Shown in pieces: positions 7,362-14,254 of a DNA stretch of 64,000 nt; within the stretch, counting starts at the first letter, position 1, and each line of letters begins with the position of its first letter. The notes beneath the pieces are model-generated. The model was given only the letters and a program-made list of their open reading frames with translations. It did no database searches and was not told where the DNA came from. The translations under genes and the position numbers were made by a program. The stretch comes from Rhodospirillaceae bacterium (GTDB lineage Bacteria > Pseudomonadota > Alphaproteobacteria > Rhodospirillales > Rhodospirillaceae). Location: the NCBI GenBank assembly GCA_019752235.1, contig JAIEMI010000056.1:12865-76864 (forward strand), read 5' to 3'.

Positions 7362-8459
7362 CTATCGATCAAGCACGCTTACCGATTGATCCAAATGCGT
7401 TATTGAGAGATGCACGTATTGGAGTGAGCTCTCTATATTTGTATGATTTAAGAGTTTGCTGACAGTGAGCAGCGGGACTCCAGCGACGATGAGCCTGGTT
7501 GCGTAAGTATGCCGGCAAATATGAAAATGCATAAAGGGCAGTCCGGCGCGGGCCCTTGCCATGAGCAAGTCGCTAGAAAGGCGCGTATAGCGTTTGGTGA
7601 CGCCTTGCTTCATGATGAATTCGCCATTTTTATTACGCAGGTCACGTCGAGGTCTGAAGCTAAATACATAGGGAAAACCCCGGGGCTGTTGCGCTTTGAT
7701 CTGCTTTAGCATTCTAGTGACGTGATGCGGGACGGGCAGGGAGTGGGGCTTCCCATTCTTAGTAATTTGGAACACAACCCATGTATGTTTCTTTTCGTTC
7801 CGCGCGAGTTTCACGTCCTCCCATTTGAGATCGATGGCTTCTCCTCTCCGTGCGCCCGTACCAAGCATAAAGATCAGTAGATTTCGAAGTGGTTCGGACG
7901 ATTCTTTTAGTAGCCGGCGCTCTTCCTTCTTGGATAAATAGATAAGTCTACGTTGTTCTGGAAAGCGCTTGAGACGGGGCTTCTCTTTGGTGAGGAGCCA
8001 GTTGTCTCTACAGCAGGTTAGAAAAGATCCGACTTCGTCCAATGAACGGTTTATTGATGTGTTGGCGAGGCCGCGTTGTACGAGTGTGTTGCGATAGACG
8101 GAGAGTTTGGCGCGGTCGATATCATTTATAGCTGTGTCCTCACCTACGGCTTCGATGAACCGATAAAGCAGATTGCGAACGTGGAGCGCATTTGCTCTGG
8201 GCCGCGCGCGCGGGACAATGGTTTCCGTGTATCGGTCGACCGCTTCTCTTAAAGACATGTTTGGAAGGCCAAGCGCCGCTAGCTGGTGCCACTCGGGCAC
8301 CTCTCCGAGGGTTAGAAAATCCCGACCCCGCATTGTGTTGTATTTGCGCTGATTGGCTAAAACTGCGTTGTGGAAGAGTGCCTCAAGTACAGGTGATTCC
8401 GGCATGACCATCTCCAAAAAGAGATGCGGACCGGAGCAGATTTCTAGAACCGCGAACAC
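7362..8459 (-). CDS. tyrosine-type site-specific integrase (second copy, unrelated sequence)
   Basis: GTGARRGEAIDLKWEDV (catalytic Arg region) and HICRHTYATRLIVAGVPLLTVSKLLNHTNIESSLQYVHL (HxxR ... Y). The start may be the internal Met at 8411. Confidence 0.85.
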   Translation of the reverse strand: MFAVLEICSGPHLFLEMVMPESPVLEALFHNAVLANQRKYNTMRGRDFLTLGEVPEWHQLAALGLPNMSLREAVDRYTETIVPRARPRANALHVRNLLYRFIEAVGEDTAINDIDRAKLSVYRNTLVQRGLANTSINRSLDEVGSFLTCCRDNWLLTKEKPRLKRFPEQRRLIYLSKKEERRLLKESSEPLRNLLIFMLGTGARRGEAIDLKWEDVKLARNEKKHTWVVFQITKNGKPHSLPVPHHVTRMLKQIKAQQPRGFPYVFSFRPRRDLRNKNGEFIMKQGVTKRYTRLSSDLLMARARAGLPFMHFHICRHTYATRLIVAGVPLLTVSKLLNHTNIESSLQYVHLSITHLDQSVSVLDR

Positions 8460-8970
8460 TGACAGAACTGCGGATAGACATGCGCAGCGGTGGCGGATTT
8501 TATGTATGTGCGAGAAATACGTGTCGCCATCGTGGCGATCAATAACCGGCAGAATTTTCGGGGATTATACGTTGGGGAGTTATCATCTCCGCATGACCCA
8601 GCGTACTAAACAAAATCTATTGGTTCTGTGGCACGAGCTGAAGCCATTCTTCTTGATCGCGTTTTCGAGGGCGCTGGAGCATATGCTTACGTGAAATTAC
8701 GTATAGGCTTGCGCCATAACCCGCGTTTTCTGCCGTTTGATCCGCGGTTAAAGCGGTTCCATAAACACAGCCATTGGCCGGCCGTGAAGCACGCGGGCCG
8801 GGGAAGCCATTGAATTTCCCAGCAGTCATAGAGACTGACGCCAATCGCTTTTGAGGCGCCATCTGTTTTAAATGTCGAGGTTTGTGGCATGATTCTATCC
8901 GCTATTACGATGAATCAAGGGTAACGCCAGCGACGTATACCTTCCGTAAAAACACGTGCGCATGTGGCCG

Positions 8971-9651
8971 CTAGGTTGGAACTGCCTTTACTACGTACTG
9001 GAGTGGTAGAGCGTCCGCGACAGCTTGCTTGGGATCGGCGCCTAACAGCCGCGCCATTTGCTCAATGAGCAGTAAGACCTTTTCGCGCTGAGGCTCGTCA
9101 AACACGCGGGGAAGACCTTCCGTCACCGTAAAGCCAGTTTCGCTGAAGAGCTTAATTAAACTAGCGCGCGTAAACCAACGCAGATGAGTTTTATCCATGA
9201 GGCCTTCGGCTTGGTAGTCGAAGGAACCGATGGCGAGACGGGCCTGGATGGACCAGTGCTGCACATTGGGGACGCAGGCGACGATGGTGCCGTGCGTAGG
9301 GATGACCGCCCGGATCTTACGCAAAACTGCCCATGGATCCTTGAGGTGCTCCAGCACATCACCAAATACCCAGCAATCGCGGTTGCCATTGGCTTGCCAA
9401 AAGTCCTCTCCGGCTTGCTCTACGTCCAGCACCAACGTGCTGTCGCAGTACCGGCGCGCCAATTCCGCGTAGGCCGGGTCCACTTCCACGCCCAGATAAT
9501 TGCAGGCGGGGGAGATCTTCTTAAATTCCCGGGCAAGCGCGCCGGAGCTGCACCCGATCTCAATCACATGGTTTGCGGCCGGGGGGATGAAGCGCAGCAA
9601 GTCCGGATTGTGGTTCTCATGCGCCGGGGTTTGCTCCATCACTCGCCCCAC
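8971..9651 (-). CDS. class I SAM-dependent methyltransferase
   Basis: Motif I is VIEIGCSSGALAREF, with an acidic post-I residue in LGVEVD and then VFGDVLEHLKDP. No DNA-methyltransferase (D/N)PP(Y/F) motif was seen. Confidence 0.8.
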   Translation of the reverse strand: MGRVMEQTPAHENHNPDLLRFIPPAANHVIEIGCSSGALAREFKKISPACNYLGVEVDPAYAELARRYCDSTLVLDVEQAGEDFWQANGNRDCWVFGDVLEHLKDPWAVLRKIRAVIPTHGTIVACVPNVQHWSIQARLAIGSFDYQAEGLMDKTHLRWFTRASLIKLFSETGFTVTEGLPRVFDEPQREKVLLLIEQMARLLGADPKQAVADALPLQYVVKAVPT

Positions 9652-10409
9652 TTTGCAAGGTAGGCGGCGTAAGCCTTGCGCCAGGAGTCGGAGTTGTAGC
9701 CGCCGCCGCTCTCATGGATGACGGAGAGGGGCCAGGTGCCGCAGGTGACGTTCTTGGCTTCAGCCTGCCGGCAGAAATCCATGTCATAGAAATGGAAGTC
9801 GAACCGCTCATCAAACATGAGGCCGGAGTCCGCCAACGTCTTGCTGTGCGTGGCCAAGAATAGGCCATCCAAGAGCTTTACCTGTTGGCCCGGTGCGCCA
9901 AAGACGTCCAGGCTACGCGGCGGAAACCCCGGTCCGTGACCAACGACGCCGCTGAGGTGCTCCGGCGCATCCCATCTTAAGGTGTTATCGGTAAAAGCCC
10001 AGGAAGGCTGGCGCGGGACGCGCCGTTTATTGCCGGCGAGGCCGACAATCTGGAAGCGCGTTAACGCGTTAAGCAGTTGGTCGACCCAATAGAAGTCCAG
10101 AATGTGCAGATCATCATGCGCGAAGATGACCATGCACGGTTCCGCGACGGCCTGACGGATCACACTGTTATAGAGCTGCGACAGGCCGGTGGTGTTGTCC
10201 GGAAAAAGATGAACGTCCAGGAATGGAAATTTATAAGCCTGGAGCGAACGGCCAGTGGCGGTTTTTTGGTAGAAGTCTTCCGCGCTAACGCGCGTCGCCA
10301 CCACAAACTTTACTTTCTCCACGCCGCCCTCTGTGTCCTTAGCGTTCCATCTTTGGGCGACACTATCGCGTACTGGTGGGGAGGAGGACAGAGCATTTAA
10401 GAGCAACAA
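9639..10409 (-). CDS. glycosyltransferase-like protein (GT-A-like)
   Basis: VIFAHDDLHILD, LDGLFLATHSKTL and FDERFDFHFYDMDFCRQA resemble small GT2-like transferases. It overlaps the methyltransferase by 13 nt, so the two form an operon. Confidence 0.55.
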   Translation of the reverse strand: MLLLNALSSSPPVRDSVAQRWNAKDTEGGVEKVKFVVATRVSAEDFYQKTATGRSLQAYKFPFLDVHLFPDNTTGLSQLYNSVIRQAVAEPCMVIFAHDDLHILDFYWVDQLLNALTRFQIVGLAGNKRRVPRQPSWAFTDNTLRWDAPEHLSGVVGHGPGFPPRSLDVFGAPGQQVKLLDGLFLATHSKTLADSGLMFDERFDFHFYDMDFCRQAEAKNVTCGTWPLSVIHESGGGYNSDSWRKAYAAYLAKWGE

Positions 10410-10523
10410 CGGTGCCCATTTTTGCGGATTTAGACGCCAAAAAGTCCACTTATGGCCTTATCGGGCTAATGCCATGGGAAATCTCGATACACTGGCCTAT
10501 GATTTCTTGGGGGAGCGGCACTC

Positions 10524-10820
10524 ATGACCTTAGTCATTATTGTTGGTTGCGTCATTTTATGGGCAGTGATTCAGCGTCATTTGAACGCGAATGGAATTCA
10601 GCCCCGATCACGAGGCTCTCTCCGTTACCAACGCCGGAAAGCCCGCAAGCTAAGCGTTGACGTTGAAGCTTTAGAAATCCAAACGCGATATGTGGATGCT
10701 GGAGACTTGGATGAAATCCGCGCGAAGGTGGATCGTTTCGCCCGCAAATGGCTGCTCATTCCAACAATCATCATGGCAGCTATGATACTTTGGCCGTTTC
10801 TAGATTTCCTTTGGAAATGA
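10524..10820 (+). CDS. small hypothetical membrane protein (TM helices at both termini)
   Basis: 98 aa. N-terminal LVIIVGCVILWAVI and C-terminal LLIPTIIMAAMILWPFLDFLW helices flank a charged linker. No recognisable family. Confidence 0.4.
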   Translation: MTLVIIVGCVILWAVIQRHLNANGIQPRSRGSLRYQRRKARKLSVDVEALEIQTRYVDAGDLDEIRAKVDRFARKWLLIPTIIMAAMILWPFLDFLWK

Positions 10821-10986
10821 TCCGTGTTTTGTTTCTGAAATGCGCTCCTGCGTGGGAGTGTGGGGGAGCCTGTGCAAGTTACTGCCAAACAGTAGCCACG
10901 CCTGTTGATTTATATTTAGTTGCGTGCCGGCCGGCGGAACGCTTCCAGCCGGGCATGCTGCCTACCAATACAAATGAGCGTTATCG

Positions 10987-11553
10987 ATGAGCTTTGACCA
11001 AGAAAAGTTGGCGCAAAGATTGGACCGCATCCATATTCGCCGGATGCGTGAGCTACTGATTGCGCTGAACGAAGCCAAAGGCAAATTTATCGCAGATGCT
11101 GGCGGCCCAGGGCATGGGGGAGAAGATATTGCGTTAGCCCTCAGGGCCGAAGCAAAAACGAAAGACATCCTGACTGAGCAAGCACGAAAATATCTAAACT
11201 ATTGTGCAGCAACTTCCACTGATCCAGCCACCCACATCAATATATTCGCGTCAGCAGGTGCGAAGTTCATTGAAGAAGTAAAGCAGTCTCAGGCATCGCA
11301 ACGCCGGGCTGGCGCAGCATTTAGGGGCGCAGCTGGCGCGGAGGCTACTTTCGAAAGAGAATTCAAATCTACAGCGAACTTTTTAGAAGAACTTATTGAA
11401 GACGTTCGGATGGGCGAGATTGGAATTGAAAATGTCTATCGTCACCCTTCAGCAATTGAACGCCATTGGAAATCTTGGGCCAAGGATGTTTTGGTTGCCG
11501 TTGTTGGTGGGATCGCCGGCGGCGTAATTGGTTTTCTATCTGCCGGTGGTTAA
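10987..11553 (+). CDS. hypothetical helical protein with a C-terminal TM anchor
   Basis: 188 aa with protein-like composition, ending VLVAVVGGIAGGVIGFLSAGG. No recognisable family. Confidence 0.45.
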   Translation: MSFDQEKLAQRLDRIHIRRMRELLIALNEAKGKFIADAGGPGHGGEDIALALRAEAKTKDILTEQARKYLNYCAATSTDPATHINIFASAGAKFIEEVKQSQASQRRAGAAFRGAAGAEATFEREFKSTANFLEELIEDVRMGEIGIENVYRHPSAIERHWKSWAKDVLVAVVGGIAGGVIGFLSAGG

Positions 11554-11876
11554 GCGCAAAGGGACTCTCTAAAATGCCGGTGAGCAGATGCAGGTCCACC
11601 TAGCCGGGATCAACGCGCTTGGCGGTTTTCTCCTACGCGCGCGCTTGGTTAGAGGATGGCTCCTGGCGGTTGTTTCAAAAAAAGTCGGCATATAATGGTT
11701 TTTCGAAAAGCGCCCTTGTGGCTTCGGACTCTTGCTGCGAGCTAAACCCGACGTTCCATAAATGGAATAAATCTGGCCATTTTTAAACCCTCGCAGCCAT
11801 TGTAACGTTGCCTCTTTCTAATCTATGGTAGTGGTGGCGGCGACAATCGCGCTTGTACTAAAGCCGGGGGCGGCTC

Positions 11877-12527
11877 GTGGGGCTTTGGGAGATCGTTAGA
11901 AAATCGGTGGGATACGCTGATCGGATATCGATGGCGTATGAACCCTCGTCCGTGACATTTCAAGACGTTGACGTATCGAGGATGATGGAGAGGTTTCGCC
12001 TGGGAGCTAGGGGGAAGCGTCGGGGAGAAAGCAATGAACCATTTTCTGATTCCGCGAACCTCGATGAAGTAGAGCGCGAGATCATCGATTTTGCCGTAAA
12101 CGAGCGGAAGAAGTCATTTGACCAATTTCTGCAGCATCAACGAGCGTTCGCTGCCCGTCTGCACGAACAAGATCTGGCCGGTGCAGTCGTGGATATCAAA
12201 AATCAGGCCAAAAAGGTGCTGGCAGATTTCGATGTGCGGTCAGGACAGGGCTTAGATCAGCTCAATTCTTTGCGCGCTTCATTCGAAGAAGCCAAGCACG
12301 ACCTAAGTCATTTTCAGCAAGAACACAATAGAGTCCGTGCTGCCCAGTCTAAACCCATGCTGTGGATGGCGGTCTCGATCGGTGTAATGATCACAATTTT
12401 TGCGTTGGAATCGTATTTCAACGGAAACTTGCTCGGGCAAGGGACGATCGCAGGCGTCTCATCGGGGATCGCTTATCCATGGGGTTTTCCGCTATCAACA
12501 TCATTGCGGGAATACTCGTCGGGATAA
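11877..12527 (+). CDS. hypothetical coiled-coil/TM protein, zero-frame product; the reading frame continues in the -1 frame to 12703
   Basis: 216 aa. The N-terminal region is charged and coiled-coil-like, followed by a TM helix (LWMAVSIGVMITIFALESYF). The overlapping -1 frame (track ORF 12362..12703) encodes more TM helices (FSAINIIAGILVGITGF, LFIDALGALATLAGTACTLIG), so the gene is frameshifted or recoded. Confidence 0.55.
   Translation: MGLWEIVRKSVGYADRISMAYEPSSVTFQDVDVSRMMERFRLGARGKRRGESNEPFSDSANLDEVEREIIDFAVNERKKSFDQFLQHQRAFAARLHEQDLAGAVVDIKNQAKKVLADFDVRSGQGLDQLNSLRASFEEAKHDLSHFQQEHNRVRAAQSKPMLWMAVSIGVMITIFALESYFNGNLLGQGTIAGVSSGIAYPWGFPLSTSLREYSSG
12482..12488 (+). other. X_XXY_YYZ slippery heptamer G_GGT_TTT at the junction of the two frames
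   Basis: The zero-frame codons are TGG GGT TTT CCG. A -1 slip re-pairs GGT to GGG and TTT to TTT, and the next codon is then TCC at 12488, which is exactly the frame of the downstream TM-rich ORF. Confidence 0.45.
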
Positions 12528-12738
12528 CCGGCTTCCGTATGAAGAATCATGTCCGCGTTGGCCCGCTATTTATTGACGCGCTGGGTGCCTTGGCAACGTT
12601 AGCGGGCACTGCGTGTACCCTCATAGGCAGCTGGAGCAGGATAGCGCCGTTTGGCAAAAAAACGCGACTTATGGGAAATCAGAGCTTTTGGGATAAGTCC
12701 TAAATGCCGAAGATGCGAAGCTTCGCAAAGGAGAGAAT

Positions 12739-13407
12739 ATGAGCGCCGGCGATGTTAGCCAACACCTGGATCAGATTGTTGAAACAGCCAAGAATGCTTC
12801 GGTTGTCGTGGTGAAGGGTAGTCTTCAAACCGACAAAATGGATGAGATTCCTAAAGTGGTCCTGGAGTGGGCGGAGTTCATTAAAGCTCTGAAAGACTTT
12901 CCGGCGCGCGCTCTCTATTTAGAGGGCTATGTATTTTCCGCTGAAAATGCCGTCTCTGACGCACTTGACGAAGCGCTTGAATCTGAAGGGCAGAGCAGTA
13001 CCACCCTTTCCTTAAGGCAATATCCAACGGCATCGGCGCTCATCCGCGATTGGGCTCGCTACGACGGCAAGACCTTTGGCTACGCCGCTAGTTTTAAGCA
13101 TGACGGAATATTTCACTTTTGCGGTGAAGCTACCGAATGGAGCGAGGATTTCGACGAAAAGCTCCAAGAATTGGTAGCTGAGATTCTTGAGGACCTGCCG
13201 GAAGTCTCAGATGAAGGCGAGGGAGAGCGGGAAGAAGTAGCGAGAATGGCAAAGGAACTGGTTGCGCACCCAAAATTTTCTGCCCCTAAAGCCACAAAAG
13301 CTAAACGGGCGGCGCTAGCGCAGTCACTATTCCAAGAGATTGGCGATGAGATCGCTTATGCCGTTGTAGAGAAGGCCGAGACCCTTCAGTGGCTGAAGGA
13401 CGAGTAG
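12739..13407 (+). CDS. hypothetical acidic cytoplasmic protein
   Basis: 222 aa and strongly acidic (EDLPEVSDEGEGEREE). It begins 35 nt after the previous ORF and ends 32 nt before the channel gene. No recognisable family. Confidence 0.5.
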   Translation: MSAGDVSQHLDQIVETAKNASVVVVKGSLQTDKMDEIPKVVLEWAEFIKALKDFPARALYLEGYVFSAENAVSDALDEALESEGQSSTTLSLRQYPTASALIRDWARYDGKTFGYAASFKHDGIFHFCGEATEWSEDFDEKLQELVAEILEDLPEVSDEGEGEREEVARMAKELVAHPKFSAPKATKAKRAALAQSLFQEIGDEIAYAVVEKAETLQWLKDE

Positions 13408-13439
13408 ACCGTGACGCCCAGAGAGCACGTGGTTTTCCG

Positions 13440-14198
13440 ATGACAGCAAGAAATACTATTTACCGCCAATTGTTTCCAAGCGCTTGGCCGCGCCCTGGCT
13501 TGTCGCCAATCAATAAGGCCATTTTTGCGATTGTGCTGTTCTCGATCATCTTGGCCATTTTAGAAACGGAAAACCAGCTTTTTGAGAAACACGCAGCGTT
13601 CTTCCTGTATACGGAAACCGTGTTTACAGTTTTGTTTGCGATAGAATATCTCTTACGTGGATGGTCTGCTGGAGAGGACCCGCGCTACAAAGGTTTCTCC
13701 GGTCGCCTGCGCTATCTGATGACGCCTGCCGCAATCATAGATTTGGTCGCTATTCTGCCATTGGTGGTGGCGTCCGGTGCTCCCAATCTCTTTGCCATTC
13801 GCCTGGTCCGGCTGCTGCAAATACTTCGCATCGCCCGCCTCGGAAGGTTTTCCAGCGCGCTCCGGTCTGTAGCCGATGCCATCCATTCCCGCAGATATGA
13901 GCTCTCCGTCAGCATTGTAATGGCAGCCGTAGCGCTCATTTTCTCCGCCACGGGGATGTATTTAATGGAAGCGGGCGAGCAGCCGGAAGTATTTGGCAGC
14001 ATCCCGCGATCCTTATGGTGGAGTGTCGCGACACTGACCACGGTGGGGTATGGCGACGTCTACCCACATACATCTGTGGGAAAGGTATTCGCCGGCTTAA
14101 CGGCCGTCACAGGAATCGGGCTTATCGCGATGCCTACGGGCATTTTAGCGGCTGCGTTTAGTGAAGCGTTCCAAAAGCGGAAAACGGACCTGGAATAG
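13440..14198 (+). CDS. voltage-gated-type (6TM) potassium channel
   Basis: Selectivity filter TLTTVGYGDVYP. S4-like helix with Arg at every third position: IRLVRLLQILRIARLGR. There are six hydrophobic segments. The ATG at 13440 avoids overlap with the upstream gene. Confidence 0.85.
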   Translation: MTARNTIYRQLFPSAWPRPGLSPINKAIFAIVLFSIILAILETENQLFEKHAAFFLYTETVFTVLFAIEYLLRGWSAGEDPRYKGFSGRLRYLMTPAAIIDLVAILPLVVASGAPNLFAIRLVRLLQILRIARLGRFSSALRSVADAIHSRRYELSVSIVMAAVALIFSATGMYLMEAGEQPEVFGSIPRSLWWSVATLTTVGYGDVYPHTSVGKVFAGLTAVTGIGLIAMPTGILAAAFSEAFQKRKTDLE

Positions 14199-14254
14199 AG
14201 CTGGTGTCCTAGCGCGTGGCTCTATAGCGGCGCTATTACATTGGATGCGGATTT

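Noticed and set aside
8460-8970. Small overlapping minus-strand ORFs (8617..8862, 8687..8890) and plus-strand ORFs between integrase 2 and the methyltransferase
   Set aside because: They have no recognisable motifs. They overlap each other in different frames and may be decayed sequence. I could not support a gene or pseudogene call.
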